Positions 56,464 to 64,000 of a DNA stretch of 64,000 nt are shown here, in pieces; within the stretch, counting starts at the first letter, position 1; every line of letters begins with the position of its first letter. The notes under the pieces were generated by a model. The model saw only the letters and a list, made by a program, of their open reading frames with translations, was not told the origin of the DNA and did no database searches. The stretch is from a plasmid. The translations under genes and the position numbers were made by a program. The stretch lies in the sequence record NZ_CP064116.1. The stretch is one strand, 5' to 3'.

Positions 56464-56895
56464 TCAGCCTGCACTGAGCATGCGACGATGCGCTTCGGCC
56501 ATGGCCTGATGTGGGCCAGACTGACCGTTATTCATAAATTCATGGGCAACTGCAGCTCTTTCATGCTCATTCATTGCCGCTAATGACTTCGACGGCCCGG
56601 TAGGGGAAACGGTCTGACTTCCCATCATCCTCTGATGACTTTCAACCATTTTCTGGTGCGCATCCGCCGACCCGTTCGTCATGGTTTCATGAGCAATAAT
56701 GGCCTGTTCATGCTGGTCCATACCGGCCATACGAGGAGCAGTCCCCTGGATCCCGACAGGAGCCGCAGCAGACTGCATCTGGTGAGCAGGAGCCTGTGCA
56801 TTGTTGACCCGCTCATGGATATTCACGGTTTCAGTGGCCCAGGCCGAAGAAATTAAACCAAAGCCCAGCAAGGATGCTAATACGATATTTTTCAT
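56464..56895 (-). CDS. silE: SilE periplasmic silver-binding protein
   Basis: 143 aa with signal peptide and repeated H-x-x-M / M-x-x-H motifs (HERVNNAQAPAHQMQ...HEQAIIAHETM...). Confidence 0.85.
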   Translation of the reverse strand: MKNIVLASLLGFGLISSAWATETVNIHERVNNAQAPAHQMQSAAAPVGIQGTAPRMAGMDQHEQAIIAHETMTNGSADAHQKMVESHQRMMGSQTVSPTGPSKSLAAMNEHERAAVAHEFMNNGQSGPHQAMAEAHRRMLSAG

Positions 56896-57145
56896 GATAA
56901 ATCTCCATTTCTGAATTAGTGATGTCCGGGGAAGTACAACCGACGTTTTCAGTTCCATAACTGAAACAGGTTCGGCAGTGTTTATTTCTCCGGGAGAGGA
57001 CTGGATATTCATTTCCTGGCGTACTCTGACGCCGGGTATTGATGAAGCAATCCAGCCTTCCTGATAAGTTGCACTAATTATATCGAATGGCTTCTGTTTG
57101 CTGCATGACAGGCTAATGACATCTTTGTCATTTAAATCTTTATTC

Positions 57146-58621
57146 TCAGTATTGGGTTTCCGGAATCATTTTCTCCAGTCTGGGCACGGATAAGATAAAA
57201 CGCGTTGAGTGTACGTCCGATTCCACCTGCACTCTTCCGTGATGTGCTTCCACGATTGACTTCACAATCGCAAGGCCGATGCCGCTGCCTTCTCCTTTTC
57301 GTTGTCTGGACGGATCCACCCGATAAAAGCGATCAAACAGCTTTGATAAATGCTCTTCAGGGATTGGTTTCCCCGGATTTTCAATCACAAGGTCAAAAAA
57401 GCTCTCCTGCTCTCTTATTGAGACGGTGATTGCCTGTCCCTCTGGGGTATAACGCAGGGCATTGGATAACAGATTATTGATCGCTCTTCTGAACATTTGT
57501 GGATCTCCCTCAACCAGGCAGGGCATCCCGTTAAATTTGAGCGTGATATTTCGTTCTTCGGCCCAGGCTTCGAAAAACTCGAAGACTTTCATGACTTCTG
57601 CTCTGAGGTCAAACCGAACCCTGTCAGGTATCAGCTGATTATTGTCCGCCTGGGCCAGGAACAGCATGTCGCTGACCATTTTTGTCATCCGGTTATACTC
57701 TTCAAGGCTGGAATAGAGGACATCCTCAAGTTCCTTCTGGGTTCGATCCTGACTCAGAGCGATTTCAGTCTGCGTCACCAGATTGGTGATGGGGGTTCTG
57801 ATCTCGTGCGCGATATCGGCAGAGAAATTGGCCTGGCGGGTAAAAACATCCTCAATCTTTCCAATCATATGATTGAACGAGATAACCAGCTGCTCCAGCT
57901 CAATGGGAACGCGTGTCGGTTCCAGCCGCGCATCAAGATTCTCGGAGGTGATGTTTTTAATGGCATTGCTGACATTACGAAGGGGCAGGTGCCCCTGACG
58001 GACAGCAATGCGAATGATCAGAACAATTAGCAGACTTATCACGACAGCGATCGCAATCAGATTTTTTTTCAGCGCATCGAGGTAATGGAGATGGAAATTA
58101 ATGGAGAGGCCAGTCAGCATGACATAGTTCTGCTGTTTGCCCTGAAATATCGCCTGACCAGATGAGGCGATAATTCTGTATGTTTCCATCTTCATTCCGG
58201 ACCCGGTATCCATCGCTCTCGCAGGATCCTCCACCGTCCAGAGAAAGACATCACGTGCACGGCTGTGCTCGCTAAAATCGGCTGAATTCACAGCAGAGCG
58301 TAAAGCAGCCCCCTGCACAGAGCTGTACAGCACCTCTCCCCGGGGATTGAGGAGCAAAAGAGCAACGTTACGGTAGCTGGCGATCGATTCCTTTATTTTG
58401 CTTACTTTTTTTTCATCCGGATCAACCGGAGACTGCAGGATACGGTTTAGTGTGGTGCTGATTTGTTGCAGATCGCTGACATCCTGCTCGGCAAAATGCT
58501 TATCAACAGAATGCAGCATAAACCAGGTGAAGGCGATAAACGCCAGTATTGTGGACAGGCTGATAAAAAAGGTCAGCCGCAGAGCGAGTGAGAAAGGTCG
58601 TCTGGACGGTTTGCTATGCAT
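57146..58621 (-). CDS. silS: sensor histidine kinase SilS (CusS-like)
   Basis: Two TM segments, HAMP, HisKA ([15 protein letters not shown]) and HATPase_c ([13 protein letters not shown]). Confidence 0.9.
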   Translation of the reverse strand: MHSKPSRRPFSLALRLTFFISLSTILAFIAFTWFMLHSVDKHFAEQDVSDLQQISTTLNRILQSPVDPDEKKVSKIKESIASYRNVALLLLNPRGEVLYSSVQGAALRSAVNSADFSEHSRARDVFLWTVEDPARAMDTGSGMKMETYRIIASSGQAIFQGKQQNYVMLTGLSINFHLHYLDALKKNLIAIAVVISLLIVLIIRIAVRQGHLPLRNVSNAIKNITSENLDARLEPTRVPIELEQLVISFNHMIGKIEDVFTRQANFSADIAHEIRTPITNLVTQTEIALSQDRTQKELEDVLYSSLEEYNRMTKMVSDMLFLAQADNNQLIPDRVRFDLRAEVMKVFEFFEAWAEERNITLKFNGMPCLVEGDPQMFRRAINNLLSNALRYTPEGQAITVSIREQESFFDLVIENPGKPIPEEHLSKLFDRFYRVDPSRQRKGEGSGIGLAIVKSIVEAHHGRVQVESDVHSTRFILSVPRLEKMIPETQY

Positions 58622-59294
58622 CCGGGATCTCCAGCATGTAGCCCACGCCCCGCACTGTCTGGATCAGTTTTGTCTCGTAATCGTTGTCAATTTTAGCGCG
58701 GAGTCGCTTTACTGCGACATCAATCGCGTTAGTGTCGCTGTCAAAATTCATGTCCCAGACCTGAGAGGCAATCAGGGAGCGGGGAAGAACTTCTCCTTGA
58801 TGGCGAATGAAGAATTCCAGCAGGCTGAACTCTTTACTGGTGAGCACAATGCGGTTCCCGGCGCGGCTGACTTTTCTGGATACGAGATCAACCGAGAGGT
58901 CAGCCACTTTAAGCTGGCTTTCCGTGATCATCGTGTTTCCCCGCCTGAGGAGGGTTCTTACCCGGGCGAGCAGTTCAGCAAACGCAAAGGGCTTCACCAG
59001 ATAATCGTCCGCACCCAGCTCAAGTCCTTTGACCCTGTGTTCAATCGTGCCAAGGGCCGTCAGCAGTAATACCGGCATCCCCTTTCCGGCACTGCGCAGC
59101 ATACGGATGATATCCCAGCCGTTTACATCAGGCAGCATGATATCCAGGATGACTAAATCATACTCGGCTGTCATGGCAAGATGATATCCGGTCAGACCAT
59201 TATCAGCGTGATCCACGACGAACCCCGCCTCTGTCAGCCCCTTGCTGAGATATTCACCTGTTTTAATTTCGTCTTCAACGATTAATATTTTCAT
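58614..59294 (-). CDS. silR: OmpR-family response regulator SilR (CusR-like)
   Basis: MKILIVEDE...[10 protein letters not shown] receiver domain plus winged-helix output domain. Confidence 0.9.
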   Translation of the reverse strand: MKILIVEDEIKTGEYLSKGLTEAGFVVDHADNGLTGYHLAMTAEYDLVILDIMLPDVNGWDIIRMLRSAGKGMPVLLLTALGTIEHRVKGLELGADDYLVKPFAFAELLARVRTLLRRGNTMITESQLKVADLSVDLVSRKVSRAGNRIVLTSKEFSLLEFFIRHQGEVLPRSLIASQVWDMNFDSDTNAIDVAVKRLRAKIDNDYETKLIQTVRGVGYMLEIPDA

Positions 59295-59361
59295 TATGCT
59301 CCCTGGCTGGCTGCTAATGTCATTTTATTGCGCCCACGATCGTTATCAACGGATTACAGCA

Positions 59362-59381
59362 AAAATGACAACATTGTCATT
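59362..59381. promoter_or_regulatory. CusR/SilR box AAAATGACAACATTGTCATT in the divergent silR-silC promoter
   Basis: Palindrome matches the CusR/PcoR consensus AAAATGACAANNTTGTCATTTT. Confidence 0.75.
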
Positions 59382-59483
59382 ATCCTGTCACCCGGCAAAC
59401 AGAGAGCGTTCGGTAAAGTATCCCTATCAATACTCTGGACTTCGTTTGAACCATTTACCAGGTCTGCCTGTACGAGAAGCGTT

Positions 59484-60869
59484 ATGTTCAAATTAAAATT
59501 ACTCAGCATCAGTACCATATTCATCCTGGCTGGTTGTGTTTCTCTGGCACCTGAATATCAGCGTCCGCCAGCTCCGGTTCCCCAGCAGTTTTCATTGTCT
59601 AAAAACAGTCTGACGCCTGCGGTAAACAGCTATCAGGATACGGGCTGGCGAAACTTTTTTGTCGATCCCCAGGTCAGCAGGCTGATCGGTGAAGCCCTGA
59701 ATAATAACCGTGATTTGAGAATGGCTGCCCTGAAGGTTGAAGAGGCCCGGGCCCAGTTCAACGTCACGGATGCAGATCGTTATCCTCAACTGAATGCCTC
59801 ATCCGGGATCACATACAGCGGTGGTCTGAAAGGTGACAAGCCGACCACACAGGAGTACGACGCGGGTCTGGAGCTCAGCTATGAGCTCGATTTTTTTGGC
59901 AAACTTAAGAACATGAGTGAGGCTGATCGCCAGAACTACTTTGCCAGCGAAGAAGCCCGTCGTGCCGTACACATCCTGCTGGTCTCCAACGTTTCACAGA
60001 GCTATTTCAGCCAGCAACTGGCGTACGAACAACTCCGTATTGCGCGGGAAACGCTGAAAAATTATGAACAGTCTTATGCATTCGTTGAGCAACAACTGGT
60101 GACCGGGAGTACGAACGTTCTGGCGCTTGAACAAGCCAGGGGGCAAATCGAAAGTACCCGCGCCGAAATAGCCAAACGAGAAGGCGATCTGGCTCAGGCA
60201 AACAATGCCCTGCAACTGGTGCTGGGAACGTACCGCGCAGTTCCGTCAGAAAAAGGGATGAAAGGTGGGGAGATCGCACCAGTAAAATTGCCACCAAATC
60301 TGTCGTCACAAATATTGCTGCAGCGTCCGGATATTATGGAAGCGGAATACCTGTTGAAAGCGGCTGATGCTAATATTGGCGCAGCGCGAGCGGCTTTTTT
60401 CCCGTCCATTACCCTGACCAGTGGCCTTTCCGCAAGCAGTACGGAGCTGTCCAGCCTCTTTACGTCAGGAAGTGGAATGTGGAATTTTATCCCTAAAATT
60501 GAAATTCCTATTTTCAATGCCGGCAGAAACAAAGCCAATCTGAAGCTGGCTGAAATTCGCCAGCAACAGTCCGTGGTTAATTACGAACAAAAAATTCAGT
60601 CAGCCTTTAAGGATGTTTCCGACACGCTTGCGCTGCGCGACAGCCTTAGCCAGCAACTTGAGTCACAGCAGCGTTATCTTGATTCACTTCAGATAACTCT
60701 ACAGCGTGCCAGAGGATTGTATGCAAGTGGTGCTGTCAGTTACATCGAAGTGCTGGATGCAGAACGTTCCCTCTTCGCGACGCAGCAAACCATTCTCGAT
60801 CTTACCTATTCCCGACAGGTTAACGAAATTAATCTGTTTACCGCGCTGGGTGGCGGTTGGGTAGAGTAA
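59484..60869 (+). CDS. silC: outer-membrane efflux channel SilC (CusC-like; lipoprotein signal LAGC)
   Basis: 461 aa from MFKLKLLSISTIFILAGC. TolC-family repeats. Confidence 0.9.
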   Translation: MFKLKLLSISTIFILAGCVSLAPEYQRPPAPVPQQFSLSKNSLTPAVNSYQDTGWRNFFVDPQVSRLIGEALNNNRDLRMAALKVEEARAQFNVTDADRYPQLNASSGITYSGGLKGDKPTTQEYDAGLELSYELDFFGKLKNMSEADRQNYFASEEARRAVHILLVSNVSQSYFSQQLAYEQLRIARETLKNYEQSYAFVEQQLVTGSTNVLALEQARGQIESTRAEIAKREGDLAQANNALQLVLGTYRAVPSEKGMKGGEIAPVKLPPNLSSQILLQRPDIMEAEYLLKAADANIGAARAAFFPSITLTSGLSASSTELSSLFTSGSGMWNFIPKIEIPIFNAGRNKANLKLAEIRQQQSVVNYEQKIQSAFKDVSDTLALRDSLSQQLESQQRYLDSLQITLQRARGLYASGAVSYIEVLDAERSLFATQQTILDLTYSRQVNEINLFTALGGGWVE

Positions 60870-60897
60870 ATTTATTCAATTAATCAGGAAATTAAAA

Positions 60898-61251
60898 ATG
60901 CGTAATTCACTTAAAGCCGTTTTATTTGGTGCCTTCTCTGTCATGTTTTCTGCCAGTCTTCATGCTGAAACACATCAGCATGGCGATATGAATGCTGCCA
61001 GTGATGCTTCGGTACAGCAGGTTATCAAGGGCACCGGTATCGTTAAAGACATTGATATGAATAGTAAAAAGATTACCATTTCGCACGAAGCAATCCCGGC
61101 GGTGGGCTGGCCTGCAATGACCATGCGCTTCACTTTTGTTAATGCAGACGACGCTATCAATGCCCTGAAAACCGGCAACCATGTCGATTTCTCGTTTATT
61201 CAGCAGGGCAATATCTCCTTACTCAAAAGCATTAACGTTACGCAATCCTGA
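60898..61251 (+). CDS. silF: periplasmic metallochaperone SilF (CusF-like)
   Basis: 117 aa with signal peptide and Met/His/Trp metal-binding core (HEAIPAVGWPAMTMRF). Confidence 0.9.
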   Translation: MRNSLKAVLFGAFSVMFSASLHAETHQHGDMNAASDASVQQVIKGTGIVKDIDMNSKKITISHEAIPAVGWPAMTMRFTFVNADDAINALKTGNHVDFSFIQQGNISLLKSINVTQS

Positions 61252-61364
61252 TTAACAGTCCGGAGCGAATACATCCAGTGCGCCTGAACATTCATTATGG
61301 GATTACTGTGAATGAATGATCGGGCGCATATGCCAGGTGTTTTGATTTTTCAGCGAGAAATTGT

Positions 61365-62657
61365 ATGGCTTCTTTAAAGATAAAATATGCTGCAATAATT
61401 ATCAGCAGCCTCATAGCAGGAGGGCTGATATCGGTTACTGCCTGGCAGTATTTAAACTCATCACAAAAAACAGTACCAGCAGAACAAAAGGCACCGGAGA
61501 AAAAGGTGCTTTTCTGGTATGATCCTATGAAACCGGATACCAAATTTGATAAACCCGGAAAATCGCCTTTTATGGATATGGACCTTGTGCCGAAATATGC
61601 TGATGAAAGTGGCGATAAAAGCAGTGGCGGGATCCGTATCGATCCAACTCAGGTTCAGAATCTGGGATTAAAAACGCAAAAAGTCACGCGAGGAATGCTG
61701 AATTATTCTCAGACAATCCCGGCTAATGTCAGTTACAACGAATATCAGTTTGTCATTGTGCAGGCGCGTTCTGACGGTTTCGTCGAAAAAGTGTATCCCC
61801 TGACGATTGGCGATCATGTGAAGAAAGGCACTCCGCTTATCGATATCACCATTCCTGAATGGGTTGAGGCACAAAGTGAGTTTCTGCTGTTATCCGGTAC
61901 AGGCGGTACGCCAACCCAGATAAAAGGGGTTCTGGAGCGACTTCGTCTGGCTGGTATGCCGGAAGAGGATATTCAAAGGCTGCGTTCAACCCGCACAATC
62001 CAGACCCGTTTTACCATTAAAGCACCTATTGATGGTGTCATTACTGCATTTGACCTGCGCACCGGCATGAATATTTCCAAAGATAAGGTGGTGGCTCAGA
62101 TTCAGGGGATGGACCCGGTCTGGATCAGCGCTGCAGTGCCAGAATCTATCGCCTATCTGCTGAAAGATACGTCGCAGTTTGAAATTTCGGTACCGGCTTA
62201 TCCGGATAAAACATTCCATGTCGAAAAATGGAACATTCTTCCCAGCGTGGATCAGACAACCCGCACGCTTCAGGTCCGCCTCCAGGTTACTAACAAGGAT
62301 GAGTTTCTCAAGCCGGGCATGAATGCCTATCTCAAACTGAATACCCAAAGTCAGGAGATGCTGCTGATACCAAGCCAGGCCGTTATCGATACCGGCAAAG
62401 AACAGCGCGTGATTACTGTTGATGATGAAGGCAAGTTTGTGCCGAAACAGATCCACGTTCTGCATGAATCACAGCAACAGTCCGGCATTGGCTCCGGTCT
62501 TAATGAAGGCGATACCGTGGTGGTCAGTGGCCTGTTCCTCATTGACTCCGAAGCCAATATTACGGGCGCGCTGGAACGTATGCGCCACCCTGAAAAAACA
62601 GAAAACAGTATGCCAGCAATGTCTGAGCAGCCTGTAAATATGCATTCAGGGCACTGA
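61365..62657 (+). CDS. silB: membrane fusion protein SilB (CusB-like)
   Basis: 430-aa RND adaptor with N-terminal Met-rich metal site and HlyD-like core. Confidence 0.9.
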   Translation: MASLKIKYAAIIISSLIAGGLISVTAWQYLNSSQKTVPAEQKAPEKKVLFWYDPMKPDTKFDKPGKSPFMDMDLVPKYADESGDKSSGGIRIDPTQVQNLGLKTQKVTRGMLNYSQTIPANVSYNEYQFVIVQARSDGFVEKVYPLTIGDHVKKGTPLIDITIPEWVEAQSEFLLLSGTGGTPTQIKGVLERLRLAGMPEEDIQRLRSTRTIQTRFTIKAPIDGVITAFDLRTGMNISKDKVVAQIQGMDPVWISAAVPESIAYLLKDTSQFEISVPAYPDKTFHVEKWNILPSVDQTTRTLQVRLQVTNKDEFLKPGMNAYLKLNTQSQEMLLIPSQAVIDTGKEQRVITVDDEGKFVPKQIHVLHESQQQSGIGSGLNEGDTVVVSGLFLIDSEANITGALERMRHPEKTENSMPAMSEQPVNMHSGH

Positions 62658-62667
62658 GGAGACGACG

Positions 62668-64000
62668 ATGATTGAATGGATTATCCGGCGCTCTGTCGCC
62701 AACCGTTTCCTGGTCATGATGGGTGCCCTGTTTCTCAGCATCTGGGGCACATGGACGATAATTAACACGCCGGTCGATGCGCTGCCTGACCTGTCAGATG
62801 TGCAGGTCATTATTAAAACCAGCTATCCCGGACAGGCTCCGCAGATTGTAGAAAACCAGGTCACCTATCCGCTTACCACCACCATGCTGTCCGTACCTGG
62901 CGCAAAAACTGTGCGTGGCTTTTCACAGTTCGGTGATTCGTATGTGTATGTCATTTTTGAAGACGGGACCGATCTGTACTGGGCCCGTTCGCGCGTGCTG
63001 GAATACCTGAATCAGGTTCAGGGCAAACTGCCTGCGGGTGTGAGTTCTGAAATCGGTCCGGACGCCACGGGAGTGGGCTGGATATTTGAATATGCCCTGG
63101 TCGATCGCAGCGGAAAACACGACCTTTCAGAACTGCGTTCTTTGCAGGACTGGTTTCTGAAATTTGAACTGAAGACCATCCCGAACGTGGCTGAGGTAGC
63201 CTCGGTTGGTGGCGTGGTGAAGCAGTACCAGATTCAGGTCAATCCGGTAAAACTGTCTCAGTATGGGATCAGCCTGCCCGAAGTGAAACAGGCTCTTGAA
63301 TCGTCTAACCAGGAGGCCGGTGGTTCATCCGTTGAAATAGCCGAAGCGGAGTATATGGTCCGCGCCAGCGGCTATCTGCAGAGCATTGATGATTTTAATA
63401 ACATCGTCCTGAAAACAGGCGAGAACGGCGTGCCGGTTTATTTGCGGGATGTTGCCCGCGTGCAGACAGGGCCTGAAATGCGGCGTGGTATTGCCGAACT
63501 GAACGGCCAGGGGGAAGTCGCTGGCGGCGTGGTGATCCTGCGGTCGGGTAAAAACGCGCGTGACGTAATCACGGCAGTGAGGGATAAACTGGAGACACTG
63601 AAGGCCAGTCTGCCGGAAGGTGTTGAAATCGTGACCACCTACGATCGCAGCCAGTTAATCGACCGGGCGATTGATAACCTCAGTTCCAAACTTCTGGAAG
63701 AGTTTTTCGTGGTGGCCATCGTCTGTGCCCTGTTCCTGTGGCACGTACGTTCTGCCCTGGTGGCGATTATCTCTCTGCCGCTTGGCCTGTGTATCGCCTT
63801 TATCGTCATGCACTTCCAGGGACTGAACGCCAATATCATGTCGCTGGGAGGGATAGCTATTGCCGTCGGTGCGATGGTGGATGCCGCCATTGTGATGATT
63901 GAGAATGCGCATAAACGGCTTGAGGAGTGGGATCATCGGCATCCGGGTGAGCAGATTGACAACGTCACCCGCTGGAAGGTGATTACCGACGCCTCCGTGG
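62668..64000 (+). CDS. silA: RND heavy-metal efflux pump SilA (CusA-like), 5' partial; continues beyond the window
   Basis: [29 protein letters not shown]... is an HME-RND N-terminus. The ORF is open to the end of the window. Confidence 0.9.
   Translation, partial: MIEWIIRRSVANRFLVMMGALFLSIWGTWTIINTPVDALPDLSDVQVIIKTSYPGQAPQIVENQVTYPLTTTMLSVPGAKTVRGFSQFGDSYVYVIFEDGTDLYWARSRVLEYLNQVQGKLPAGVSSEIGPDATGVGWIFEYALVDRSGKHDLSELRSLQDWFLKFELKTIPNVAEVASVGGVVKQYQIQVNPVKLSQYGISLPEVKQALESSNQEAGGSSVEIAEAEYMVRASGYLQSIDDFNNIVLKTGENGVPVYLRDVARVQTGPEMRRGIAELNGQGEVAGGVVILRSGKNARDVITAVRDKLETLKASLPEGVEIVTTYDRSQLIDRAIDNLSSKLLEEFFVVAIVCALFLWHVRSALVAIISLPLGLCIAFIVMHFQGLNANIMSLGGIAIAVGAMVDAAIVMIENAHKRLEEWDHRHPGEQIDNVTRWKVITDASV

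Overview
This window reads as a mosaic IncFII(K)/IncFIB(K)-type multidrug-resistance plasmid segment of Klebsiella/Enterobacteriaceae (pKPN3-like). That identification rests on recognised protein and DNA signatures, not on a database search. From the start: the end of the F-like tra region (traX, two small paralogous membrane genes, a membrane protein), an IncFII repA with a coupled leader peptide and a DnaA box in the ori region, and a KacAT (GNAT/DUF1778) toxin-antitoxin pair. An accessory stretch follows: an AT-rich islet with an Abi_C-domain abortive-infection gene, a tRNA-like element and a possible HEPN-motif gene, then an orphan operon led by an ImpA_N (TssA/VasL-like) membrane protein. 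Next is a ~31.6 kb resistance region between the first and last of four IS26 copies (IS26 no. 1 at 11173, no. 4 ending 42828). It contains arsH, arsRBC, SulP, Usp, Tn2 (tnpA, tnpR, blaTEM-1), a Tn5393 remnant with strB-strA-sul2, a truncated P4-type int, a Tn21-family IR with an IS4321/IS5075-like insertion and a truncated tnpA, a membrane Mrr-like nuclease fragment, an IS1 remnant, an intact EcoRII restriction-modification pair, and an In191-like integron (IS6100 flanked by 123-bp inverted IRt copies, truncated mobC, dfrA14, intI1). It ends with a tet(D)-like module (truncated frmB, frmA, tetA, tetR truncated by IS26). The backbone then resumes: truncated umuC, sopAB with sopC-like 87-bp repeats, RepFIB repA flanked by iterons, resD, vagCD, a Gabija-like OLD-nuclease plus UvrD-helicase pair, an HNH-endonuclease islet, and the sil silver/copper locus (silE, silS, silR, silC, silF, silB, partial silA). 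The most interesting candidates for undescribed biology are the ImpA_N-led three-gene operon outside any type VI secretion context, the Abi/tRNA-like islet, and the compact Gabija-like plus HNH defence cluster.
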